From Octopus bimaculoides (Eukaryota): a stretch of DNA of 64,000 bases. The notes beneath the pieces were generated by a model. The model ran no database searches and was not told the origin of the DNA. It saw nothing but the letters and a program-made list of their open reading frames with translations. Location of the stretch: the NCBI RefSeq assembly GCF_001194135.2, contig NC_068985.1, forward strand, positions 40,316,646 through 40,380,645, written 5' to 3'. The translations under genes and the position numbers were made by a program. How positions within the stretch are numbered: the first letter of the stretch is position 1; each line of letters starts with the position of its first letter. Shown piece after piece: positions 12,776 to 24,270 of this stretch.

Positions 12776-14048
12776 GTAAGTGAAGAAGTCTTATCTCACA
12801 TCATCATACTGTTGAATTAATGACAGATTCATCAACATGAATGGAGTCAAGAAACACTATGAAGAATAAAAGACCATCTGGATAAAAACATCATCTTCCA
12901 GTAGGAATAAGAGTTAAATAGTCAATATAGATCTTTATAAGATTTCCATTTTTTTAATGTTTAGAAGTTAAGAATTACAACTGGAAAGGAAAACAGGTAA
13001 ACTGTTCACTAGGTAGAGAAAAGTGTCAATTATTTATACATTATTGTTGGTGCTGCACTGCACTCCTACTAGTCTACTGCATTTCATTGTACATATGATA
13101 CCATAATGAAGGACCATAGAAGTACTCAGCAGTCATGTGTTCAAATCACACCATCTACCTAGCTTCGAGAAGCATTTTCCTAATATCACTTGAGCTAACT
13201 GCCATCAATGGGTACTTCTACTTTTTAAGTCAAGTAGTTGGCTACATTATTGACTGCCTGAATGACCATACAAATTAATATAGTCATTAACTGATAAAGT
13301 TATAACACACACATATATATATATATATATGACCCCTTGCTTTTTTAGAGGAGCTTGAATAGGTAAATTTCTTAAAGACTAATCATTTTTAATATGGGAA
13401 TAACAAAAGTTGACATAACTCTTCCATCTAGAATATTATAGAGATAGGGAATATTATAAAGATTTCAGCAGAACATAAGAAGAAACAAGTGCATTTTTCT
13501 TTATTGTTTAATTATCAAATGACAACAAATAAAATAAAAAAATTAAAAAAACAATGTAACATGATTTAATCAAAGAGTCACCCACCTAAGTAAAGCTGAA
13601 ATAAATAAATAAAATTTTTAAAATAAAATCTTTAAAAAACTAATTTAATGGCAGAAGAATTTATTAAAATTTTTTTTTGTTCAGTTAATGAATAATTATG
13701 CACATGACTTTAACTAAATGTGTGTGTACACACAGACACAGACACACACATACACACATGTGCTTATATTTAGTGGATCAATAATTAATTGACATAAGTG
13801 CTAGTGATGCACTACTTATGTAGATTGGATATTTTGCTTTAGTGAAATAGTTGTGACTAAATAAACAATTACTCTGTGAAGGCAGGGAAGTAATTTCTGA
13901 TGAGCTGACAGAAATAGCACTATATTTGATCAGATCAATCCCCCTTTTCCTGCTGGTGAAGAGATTGTATAGACATTTGTTTACATTTGTACAATATATA
14001 TAATTACACATAAAACACTGGCTAAAACTTGATCTACTATAGTCCATT

Positions 14049-14088
<40 letters not shown>

Positions 14089-14459
14089 TCATTTAGTTCC
14101 TCACAAATTTTTGTTGAAATGGGAGGCATTAAATAGCTTTCTTTTCTTTTACCTTTTACATGCCAGAGATAATTTTCTGTCATGCCATTGATAAAAAAAT
14201 TAGGTTGATTTTCCATCTGCTTACTTTCTTTAATAGACAAAAATTTGACATTACTTAGCTTCAATGAATTAACATTGACCAGTGTCTTCAACATTAAACT
14301 AACATCAGTTTTCTTTCTTGGCTTTTATTTACCCCATTATCAGAACACTGAAGCAATACACATGTTATGTAAAAAGATTTTCCTCAATTCATCTACACTT
14401 AGTCACAATTTGAACACAGAACCCTTGCCCAACTAATTGAATTTCACATGGCTGTTTGA

Positions 14460-14532
14460 CAGTAGGATATGAATTACAGCAGATTTAGCTCTATTTATAG
14501 CACCTAAATCTGCTGTAAATCATATCCTATTG
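14460..14532. ncRNA. Pre-miRNA-sized hairpin (29-bp stem, 15-nt loop), repeat-derived
   Basis: 14460-14488 cagtaggatatgaattacagcagatttag vs 14504-14532 ctaaatctgctgtaaatcatatcctattg: 27/29 complementary, one of the two differences being a G-U pair on the + strand. Expression unknown. Confidence 0.4.
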
Positions 14533-14989
14533 CCTAAGTGAAGAAAGGCAAGATGGTGACAGGTAGAATGCCTTTAGTTGATCAGGTCCACTCAGATGAT
14601 CTGGGTCTAAATATCAGAAACAAGTGAAGCCATTAAAGTTGAATAACTTGAAGAGCACAGCAATAATAATAATATATCAGTGGAAATATATGAAAAGTTG
14701 ACCACTAAACCAAGTGATTGACTTATCTCTTTAATCATTGTAACTTGTTTAGAATAACAAAAAACTAATTGTTTCAAAAGCAGTCGTTACTGCAATGTTG
14801 CACATGTTACTATTTAACTGTTTTATCTATGTTATTTGTGACATCTGTTTTAACTTCTTATTAGAGATCAAAAGACATTTTTTGAACTCTCATCAAGATA
14901 AATGTCAGACGTCTATCACAAATCTGCATATGAAAAATTAGAATATCTTATAATAACTGTGGGTTAGTTTTTAGGGCAATAGATTGCAG

Positions 14990-15140
14990 AAATGTTACAG
15001 CATAAGACTGAATGCTTTGAGGTACTGAATTCTGGCTCTTTATGTTCTGAGTTCAAATCCCAACAAGGGCAATTTCACCTTTCATCCTTCGGGTGTCAAG
15101 AAAATAAAGTACTAGTACTGGAGTCAGTTTAATCAACTGA
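14990..15140 (+). mobile_element. Nin/Deu-domain SINE (degenerate)
   Basis: gttctgagttcaaatcc...ctttcatccttcgggtgtcaagaaaataaagtactag. Confidence 0.7.
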
Positions 15141-16060
15141 TATTGGTGTGTCCCAGGCTTTTTCATGCAAGAAATAATGGCTGAGAACCTCAGATGAACT
15201 TTCTTAAAGCTGCTTGCATTTTAAAGGTAAATAGGGAATAAACCTTAGTGGGCAAATTATTCCTATGAAGAGCAATGAATCCAGGTACTCTTGGCTTTGT
15301 AGGGCATAATGCTACACAAATCCTATAATTATCAGGATATAGGGCATATACGGCATTATACCCAATGCAAGTTCATAGAAGAATAGTTGTTAAAGCACCA
15401 CTGGAAGCTGTCTTCATATAACATGTAACCTGTTAAGTCCTCATCCATAAGACATGACGACTAAAATTTCAAAATGAGTTTTGGACTCTAAAGTGTGTAA
15501 AGTATAAGGTTTGACTATGGTTGAACCTATAAACATGATAGATAGAGTGAAATTGTTCAATCCAGTACCAAAATTATTTTGTAAACTTGCTTTTGCTAAT
15601 CACTATACTGTAGTGCTTGCACATATACAATATTCAAGATACAATATTTTCATATTCATCAGAATGTCAAGTTATGATAGTTGCATGCTTTTTTCCATGG
15701 TATGACTGTCATACCAAATCTTTTTAACAGTTCATTGAAAATTTACCTCTGCACTATGTTGAGCCACACAAAGCAAAGGCCATAGCAATATGAACAAGGA
15801 ATTCAAACACAAAGAATCACAGCAGATAAGGCTAACTTCTTTTAAATTCATATCCCATTACAAGTGTCATGCTATATGTGAACTACTATCCTCTAATAAA
15901 AGGCACTACACTAATTTTAGCTGTCAGCAGAAAAGGAGTTACTGATTTACTAGTTAAGCTCTAAACTAACTCGAAATTTCAAAGGTGTTTGATAATTTAT
16001 AGTGCTAATATCTAATTTCTTCAGACAAAAATAAAACAACACAAGACAAGCTTTTGTTAC

Positions 16061-16213
16061 CTTTTCTTGAGTCCACAGTGATTTTCATATCTGGATTTGG
16101 AGTGGATGTCTCTGGTTCTGAAGAGAATGAGGTGTGTAGATTGGCACCGGAACTTAGAGAAGTACCATTCTCATTGGTGAACGATACCGTTCTGAAAGTA
16201 TTCTGGCAAGTAT
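16061..16213 (-). CDS. Internal coding exon (153 nt, phase 1-1), Ser/Thr-rich: (D)TCQNTFRTVSFTNENGTSLSSGANLHTSFSSEPETSTPNPDMKITVDSRK
   Basis: Acceptor tacatttctttttcattag|, donor AAAG|gtaaca, length a multiple of 3, open frame, phase-compatible with 6003-6152. Confidence 0.6.
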
Positions 16214-16409
16214 CTAATGAAAAAGAAATGTACATAGTGTATTTGTTAATTCAAATATGGTCTACAATAGTTCACAGCATTTTAATTTATAAGAAATTTA
16301 AAGAAAACATTTTGTCATCTTGTAACTTAGTTTTCACTGGTGGTATGGTGGTGCAAAATATGATATTTACATGTCATTAAGGCCATAGTAGTGTTGATTT
16401 TAGATCGGA

Positions 16410-16545
16410 NNNNNNNNNNNNNNNNNNNNNNNNNNNNNNNNNNNNNNNNNNNNNNNNNNNNNNNNNNNNNNNNNNNNNNNNNNNNNNNNNNNNNNNNNNN
16501 NNNNNNNNNNNNNNNNNNNNNNNNNNNNNNNNNNNNNNNNNNNNN
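16410..16545. other. Assembly gap (others at 217-226, 28501-28580, 32501-32510, 37917-38171, 43135-43144)
   Basis: Runs of N. Confidence 1.
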
Positions 16546-17014
16546 CATGTATATATATATATATGGGTACAGGACATTACCAATGGTGCAAATAACATGA
16601 AATACAAAAACAAACGAGGAAAAAATGAGTGAAATACGTAAACAATGAGAAAAAAATGGAAAACAGGACAAGTTAACACAGAGAAAGGACCCTTCATCAG
16701 TTGTTGGCTGTCTATTTAATCCTCATTTCGAGCATTCAACAACACTATGAGTGTTCAAAGACAGTTTGCTCCCATAAAGAGAGAGAGAAAAACACGCCCA
16801 CTCGTTTAAACATACATGCAGGAAAAGAAAGATGGTCACATGAGGAGAAGAAAGAGGAACGATGGTCACGTGTGAGCAATGAGAGAGAGAAAAAGAGAGA
16901 GAGAGAGAAAAAGAGAGAGAGAGAGAAAAAGAGAGAGAGAGAGAAAAAGAGAGAGAGATAGAAAATGGTGAAGGGGTGGGAGAAAAAGGAAATTAGAAAA
17001 GGGTGGAGAAAGAA

Positions 17015-17062
<48 letters not shown>

Positions 17063-18279
17063 CTGGATACTAAACTCTCTAATAGGACATGGAAATTAAA
17101 AAGTTTGTCAGCAACACAGATTGAAACAAATATTATCAAACCAGTAAGAGAACCCCTAAGTGGTTGCCTTGAATTACATCTTATCACCTTAAAAACAAAC
17201 AATGACACAGTGGATAATATAGTCTTAGATACACAATGAATGTAAAAAGATGGGTTAGACATGATAGGAACGCCTTTAATCACAGGTCTAGGGCTGACAT
17301 GTTACTAAACATCTATAGTGATTGCAATAAGATTTTGAACTGCATCTCAGTATGAATAAAGACTTTTGTTTAGTAAACACAGAGATAAACACTCTTGTAT
17401 GAGTGGAGAATATGGTACATTCAATATATTACTGGTATTTATTGACTATAGTGTGATGAAAACTAAAATCACCTTCAGTAGAATTATCAGAATAAAACTA
17501 TAGCATGGTTCACTAATATTTTGTTTAATTTTTCTACTATTTAAAACATTTCACATGGTGTAGATAAATATATTTGTCTTTTACACCAGAAAAAATTTAT
17601 AGAAGATAATACTGCAAATTACACAAAAAACTAGACAGTGAAAACCCATGTTATTGTTTCCAAAAGCCTAAGATTTAGCTTCAGTTTCTTAGTGTGAAGA
17701 GAATGAGGGATAACTCTACCACCAGCCCCTAAATAGAATGCAGGGCAGCATTTCCAAGTGAAGTGAATAAAATTAAGTGTACTGCCCAGAGACATGACAA
17801 AATGTTTACCCCACTTAAATTAAATTTAAACTTGTGACTACTGAGCTGGTAGACCAATACCTTATCAACTCAGCTGCTTTACATCTGATAATCATTGTTG
17901 TTGTTTAATCCCAGGTCAATGGTCAGTAGGTCAGTAGGCCTATGATCAAAAGCATTCCAACTGTGACCACCTTATTTTTTACTAAGGCACAGAATCCAGG
18001 ATCACCATTATTCAATGTTTCCATACATTTTGAAAGAGAGTGGTGTGATTTGAAGGAAACAGAGTGCCAAATAAACTTTGTGCAGTATATACTTATACCT
18101 TTTCATCCTTCCAGTGTCAATTAAATAAGACAATGAAATACTAGGTTAAATTCAGTTGACTGCATTCCTCCCCAAATTTGTGATCTTATATCAAAAACAC
18201 ATACTTTGTAGAACATTGCTAGAGGACAAAGCAAGAACTAACTAGTGACACACACACACATATATATATCAGGGTCGTG

Positions 18280-18945
18280 CGGTGATCTTCCTGGCTGGGG
18301 AAGCAATGACCAAAATTTTCTGTCACATACATATTTGAATCAAATTGACATGTTCGTATTATACAGCTATTTTTGAAATAAAAAAATCACATTTTATATT
18401 AAGGGTGTCCTGTAATTTGAAAAAGTATAAAATATTAGTTGAATAAATGTATAAAACTATGTGCATGCTATCTTTTCTGACAGAAGCAAAATGTCAGTTT
18501 GCTTCCCTTTTCCTATGTAAGTGTTATATAACAATGTAAGATTATATATATCATAGGTATTGCAAATTGACAGAAACTTAATCCAAGTGAATAAGTATCT
18601 ATTAGCATCTAAAACTATTTGCTATTTGCTCTTACTAGAGAAAAATTGTCTTTGTGGCATTTTTATCGGAAAAAATGTTAAAATATTATACTGAAGAGGA
18701 TGCAACAGCTCGTGTTGCTTCCCTTGCACAGATTTTTTTTTTTTTTGTGTCGTCTGCCACTGCTTGTCGTCTCATGCTAATTCCGACAATAAAAGAGTGA
18801 AGCCTATGATGTCATGTAGTTTATATTAATTTTACAGAACATTAGAAGAATGAGTTCTAATTTTGTTTCTATAATTTTTAAGGGAAGCATTACTTCTCAT
18901 GCTTCCATGGACCACACACCTATGATACAGAGAGAAAGAAATCTT
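18280..18945. mobile_element. Possible non-autonomous DNA transposon remnant
   Basis: CpG-retaining block with weakly inverted ends (cagggtcgtgcgg...ggaagca / tgcttccatggaccacacacctatg); no clear TSD. Confidence 0.3.
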
Positions 18946-19339
18946 GTGCAGACACCCTACTGTCCTACTAAATACTATGCAAAATCATGATGGGTGGTAG
19001 GATTCACTCAGGCAAATCTGAGCAAGCTTGATCTGATGATGATTATAATGATCGGCACAGAACTGCCAAGGTTTTTCTTATAGTTGTTAGAATGCAGGCT
19101 TTCTTGGTAACATTTTATTTTCAAATAATATTAATTTTGAGTGAACATCCTTGAAAAGACAAAAACAAGGAAAAGAAAGAATTTGCTGAAATTTAAAATT
19201 TCATTTTTTTAAATAAGACTATTAAATACAATGTATAATGGACGAAAATGCTAAGTGGTTCTTTAAAACACATGGATTTAAACTGATATAAACAGGCTTT
19301 TGTTGTTTTGTATAACCTAAGAATGAGATGTCAGAGTAA

Positions 19340-19810
19340 CTCATAAACCACACCTATTAATTGGGTGTCTTTTTTAATATTTATGCAGTCAAAGATGCCT
19401 GTATGTGTGGCAGCAGCATTGCCCCACATGTGGGAGAAGTACTCTATTCTAGGTTAGTAGTTGGGGGATGAAGTACTTTCTGGTCCTGAAGAGGAAGACC
19501 AATTTTTGTAAAGCACTCTCTACTATGATGAGATGTCCATCACCAATATTAGTGAAGTGTAGCATTTGGAGAACCCTTAAGGGTTCTAGCTGCATATAAA
19601 TAAATCATGTATAATGGAGATGAGGTATGATATTGTTTTATTGATATGTACAGCTATTGACTCTGTGCTGTTGAAGGAGACAAGATTGGTATAACCCTCA
19701 CTGGAGAATGTTTATAGTTCCTTGTTCATGAAGGTTTAGCATGAGGCATCTAAGCTGCATGTGGATAATACTAGGGTCTGGAAATGAAGAGTGAAGGGAA
19801 AGGTGGTATC
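19340..19810 (-). mobile_element. CR1/L2-group LINE RT C-terminal fragment
   Basis: Translation includes NLVSFNSTES, ESALQKLVFLFRTRKYFIPQLL and, after a frameshift, IEYFSHMWGNAAATHTGI, resembling the ASxKL..LFR.RKYF...EY.SH.WG motif. Confidence 0.7.
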
Positions 19811-20079
19811 ACTTACACAAGAGTGAAAATTGTTGAATACATTCAAGATGCTGAACATTTATAATCTTTTCAAAATGTATATATTAAATGGAATGTGTCC
19901 CTTTATTTCTGAATGCTTTCTTGTAAGTACTCCTTCAAGTAGTTCATAACATAGACTAGAGTTATTCTCACAATAAGCTCATAATGTAATAAAATATTTG
20001 TTTTTAAAAATTAGCTTAGAATTAAATTCAGCATTATCACCATTATCATCCCCATTATTATTATTATCATAATTATTAA

Positions 20080-20270
20080 GCTGCCAGAATGGTTAGCATG
20101 CCGGGCAAAATGCTTAGCGGTATTTCATCTGCCACTATGTTCTGAGTTCAAATTCTGCCTTTCATCCTTTCAGGGTCAATAAATTAAGTACCAGTGAAAC
20201 AATGGGGTCGATGTAATCACCTAGTCACCTCCCACAAAATTTCTGGACTTGTACCTTTAATAGAAAGGAT
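20080..20270 (+). mobile_element. Nin/Deu-domain SINE
   Basis: gccagaatggttagcatgccgggc...gagttcaaattctgcctttcatcctttcagggtcaataaattaagtaccag, (TTA)n tail. Confidence 0.85.
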
Positions 20271-20288
20271 TATTATTATTATTATTAA

Positions 20289-20495
20289 GGCGGTGAACTG
20301 GCAGAATTGTTAGCATGCTGGGCAAAACACTTAGTGGTATTTTGTCTGTCTTCACATTCTGAGTTCAAATTCTGCCAAGGTTGACTTTGCCTTTCAACCT
20401 TTTGGGGTCAATAAAATAAGTACCAGTTGAACACTGGTGTTGATATAATCAACTTACTGCTCCCTTGAAATCACTGGCCTTGCGTCAAAATTTGA

Positions 20496-20520
<25 letters not shown>
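20289..20520 (+). mobile_element. Nin/Deu-domain SINE (tandem second copy)
   Basis: ggcggtgaactggcagaattgttagc...gactttgcctttcaacctttggggtcaataaaataagtaccag, (TAA)n tail. Confidence 0.85.
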
Positions 20521-20526
<6 letters not shown>

Positions 20527-20799
20527 GTAGCCGCCGCCGCTGCCGCCACCACCACCACTATCACCATCACCATCATCAGAACTGTGGATTGGAAGAATAA
20601 TGAGGGCACTGGACAAAATCAATCATTTTACATCTGCTTTCCATAATGACATATGCTGGAAAGAGTGTCACATCCCAGATCAGATTGGTATTGTTTCTAT
20701 AAGTAGAGACTCTTCTTAGTGCCAACCACTCTAGGATGTAATAGGTCCATTTTATCATGGCATCAGTACTAAACAGTATGCTATATTCTCAGCAAGAGT

Positions 20800-21065
20800 A
20801 AATTCCTCTCTATCCTATGTTGTCTCCATTTGCCAGCCACTTTATAGAGTGTTTTGGGTGCAATTTATTGAGGTACCAATAATAAGGGTCGCTTTCTGCA
20901 AGACGAAGGGTCTTGTCTACAGGATGTAGTGTCTGTTCATTCACAGAAAACATGAATGGGATGAACGGAAGAGTGATGTCCTGGAGGGTAACAGCAGGGT
21001 GACGAAAAGAGGCGTAACATAAGAGGTGAAATGGAGGATTGAAGGATAGCAACCAAAGTGGTGAT
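20800..21065 (-). mobile_element. Possible Penelope-like terminal-repeat fragment
   Basis: CpG-rich block with a stem-loop between a CTGtAGA and a GAAA motif, followed by AATAAA; weak resemblance only. Confidence 0.3.
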
Positions 21066-21067
21066 TA

Positions 21068-21102
<35 letters not shown>

Positions 21103-21422
21103 AAGAGAGAGAGCGAGACAAAGAGAAAGAGAGAGAGCGAGACAAAGAGAGAGAGAGTGAGTGGGGACGAGCAATAGCAATGACCACTCAAAAATGAGTG
21201 TTAGACACCAATGAAGCAGTTGTGGTGAAGCTAACAGAGCCAGAAACGAAAATGTCTCGAAATCTTGGGTGAAATCACTTATACCATAGAAAATGACCTG
21301 ATCATCTCAATCAAACTGCTTTCAATCTAGTGTAAATTTCTTGTTTCGTTTCCGAAAAAAGAAAAAGAAAATGTTATGTTATTTCATTAAAATTGCAGTA
21401 ACATAAAAGAACGATAATTTAC

Positions 21423-21478
21423 CTCAAAGTGACATAAGAATTATCTCCCTTGAAAAAGAACAAACGTTCTATTTTCAT
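21423..21478 (-). CDS. Possible first coding exon MKIERLFFFKGDNSYVTL (phase 2 out), or 5'UTR exon
   Basis: ATG at 21478, open to donor GAG|gtaaat, just downstream of the CpG cluster; not phase-compatible with 16213 without another exon. Confidence 0.2.
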
Positions 21479-21630
21479 TCAATCTATATACCTACAGACA
21501 CAATGATATTTACACATAAAATTATATAATCTGTAAACAATTTCAAATTTAACGCTTTTAACTCTTTCAAGACCTAACATCAAATATATTGGGTCAAAAA
21601 CCAACTTTTACCCAAAATTGCAGTTTTTCT

Positions 21631-21790
21631 CCGGTGTGCGTATGTGTGTGCGTGAATGCACCGCGCGCGCCCCGTATGTGTATATCTATGCGTAATAATA
21701 ATTTGTCAACCTTACGATTATGTGAGACCATGTCACTTGTTTACAAGCAACATATTCATTTTGCGTAGGGTTTACAATAAACCACTACTA
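21631..21790. promoter_or_regulatory. CpG-rich candidate promoter
   Basis: About 10 CpGs in 21631-21720 (including ccgcgcgcgccccg) in a CpG-depleted window, not matching the repeats I recognise; a strong minus-strand donor GAG|gtaaat lies at 21423. Confidence 0.4.
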
Positions 21791-21889
21791 ACTACATGCC
21801 ATTAAAAAAAAATGTTTTGTACCATAAGTCAGCACACAAACTACAACCACAGACTATGTTTTTCAATCTCTTCTTCACTTTCTTGTCAA

Positions 21890-22070
21890 TGTAGTTATGG
21901 CCGTTGCCAGTGTCATGTAAATGGCACCCATGCCGTGAAATTGCAGTTGTGACGTTTGTCGGGTCATGTAAATGACACCTGTACCAGTGGCACGTAAAAT
22001 GCACTCATTAAACTCTTAGAATGGTTGGCATTAAGAAGGGCATTGAGTCGTAGAAACCATGCCAACAACC
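21890..22070 (+). mobile_element. RTE LINE 3' UTR fragment
   Basis: gccagtg.catgtaaa..gcacc units and atggttggcattaagaagggcat...tagaaaccatgcc, shared with other RTE tails in the window. Confidence 0.7.
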
Positions 22071-22074
22071 ATGA

Positions 22075-22325
22075 CAAAACAATAACAATCAAAGAGGCTT
22101 ATAAAGGGAGAGCAGTTGTCTTAATGGACACAGTATTCTATATAACTCTAGTACTATCAATATTGGAAGACACAACATATTATGAAAAGGCCCAACACTA
22201 TAGTCAACAGAAAATAATGAGAGACCTAAAATCCATGATAAACCTATACAGAGGAGGGCTCACCGACAAAGAATATGACTATATGACCAATTTCAAAAGT
22301 AAAACCTGTCAATTCTACGGTATTG
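22075..22325 (+). mobile_element. Penelope-like element RT N-terminal fragment
   Basis: TITIKEAYKGRAVVLMD...YITLV..ILEDTTYY...KEYDYM...KTCQFYG resembles the PLE motif I.IK.ADKG.AVV.MD...Y......L.D...Y...P.FYGLPK. Confidence 0.85.
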
Positions 22326-22599
22326 CATCTATAACTATTAATTTAATAAACCTAATTTCTGTTCTAGTTGTCACCTAATTTTTTTTATATAATCAGAGAA
22401 ATTAAGTCTATTACTATGCATTCAGGTCTACTCTGTTCAACAACAACCCCAACATGAATGATGGAATACACTGCGTCAACAAACTAAAATGTAGCATTTC
22501 TTGCTATGATAAATCGTACCTTAAAGACTAACTCAAAATCAGAAGCAAAATTTTAATGGCCCTGACCCCCAGATCATTCTAAAAAACCAATTGTTGTAT

Positions 22600-23150
22600 C
22601 ACTATTAGTGAAAACACATCCTTAACATCGTTTCGACTGCATGCATCCCAATGACTAGCCCATCTCTTCTGAGCCTGAAGACACTTCAATAACCATTGGA
22701 CATTCTACAAAGCATAGGTGAGGCCCACAAGGGAATGAGTATATCTCACACATTTGTAATGATGCAGCTGCTGCTGCTGTACAAATAGTCACCTTAAACC
22801 ACACCCAGGAAGGGGCCACCTGTCTGGTTTAACGTTACTCACAGACACAGTCCAGTCTCTGGTCTGCAGATGCATTGTCCCCTCTTTCTGCCTTTTCTAC
22901 TTTAAATATAATGGGCTTGTCTCTTTGGAACTGGATGAGAATATGCCTACTCCACTCAAGCAACTTCGTCTTATTCATCTCTCTTCCTCTTACCATGCCT
23001 ATGGTATCTAACCCTTCAGCCCCTCACTAATCACTATGCTTACTACTTCCTTCCCAGAAAATCAACCCTCTGGAATTCTCTCCTGTTCAAATTTTTCTTA
23101 CAGGCATTCGCTTACAAAGGTTCATTAATGGAATCAGTCTCACTTGCCTA
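22600..23150 (+). mobile_element. CR1/L2-group LINE 3' fragment
   Basis: Decayed ASQ*LAHLF, FYKA*VRP, YISHIC, and the terminal SFFP...LWNSL motif; same family as 19340-19810. Confidence 0.65.
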
Positions 23151-24270
23151 GGAGGGCCTATGAAGTACATGGACATAGCACCTTTCTCCAGACTGCAGCA
23201 AGATACACAAAGCAAGCTGCAAAATGAAAATGTGACAGCCCATTTTTTATACATTTCCATACTTAGTGTTCAAAGTTTGAATATTATTATTATTTTTTTT
23301 ATAAATGTCAACATATACAATTCTATACTTGCTTATTCATCAATAACATCTAATTTTTAAATTTGTAATGTCATTTGTTTAAAAGAATTCTTTTTACGTT
23401 ATGGTTTCAATCTGTTTCATGTAAATATTAGAAGCAGAGCATTTTAATGCAGACAAGAGTTTTTCCCCATTAGTTGCATTGGAAAACAAACCAAGTTAGT
23501 AGCTTTGAACTGGAACTTCCATATGATTCCCTGACGTGCTAGAAAGTTTTAAAAAGGGAAGGACACATTGGGTACTGTACTCCTCGATACACTATGCCTG
23601 AATAATATATTGGAAGGATATGGTTAGCATGCTTTGATTAAAGGTCTGAAGATAACAATAACAATTGGCTATAAATGATAATCCATGACTAAATGTGTCC
23701 TAGGGACACGACTTAAAACTGTTTTCATTAAGTGTTGCTCAAACGAGTCAGCCCAGTAGAACTAATCCGTCTATACATAATAATCATAGAGATTTGGAGG
23801 GATTTGAACTCAGCACTGCACATTAACAAAACACTGGTTAAATTTACATATTGAATATGTGTTTTTCTGTTTGAATTTGTTACAAACCAAAACTACTGTA
23901 ACATTGAGGCAATGCTAGAGTAGTATGTGAAAGAATGAAAGTTTTATCAGATTAATCTACTTCCTATACTTTTATATATTTACTAGTTTCAATCAATCAT
24001 ATTGATTCCAATGCTTATTTCAGTCTATCACTTATCTGATCACTCTCTATCTGTCAAGCTATAAAGTTACAAGAGAAAAAGACAAAATACCAAAATATAT
24101 GTTAATATAAGCATGGGACTAGAGTCTGATGAGTCTTCTGCAAAGCTACAGCCTTCATGGATGCAAAGTCATTGGTCACTCTATGACCAGGCATTAACTT
24201 TATTTCTTAAATGCTTTACTACTCTATACTTTAGAGTGTGCTTCTTTTTCAGATATATGATACTTTGACA

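Noticed and set aside
22025-22378. 117-aa ORF as a host gene
   Set aside because: Chimera of an RTE UTR and a Penelope RT fragment.
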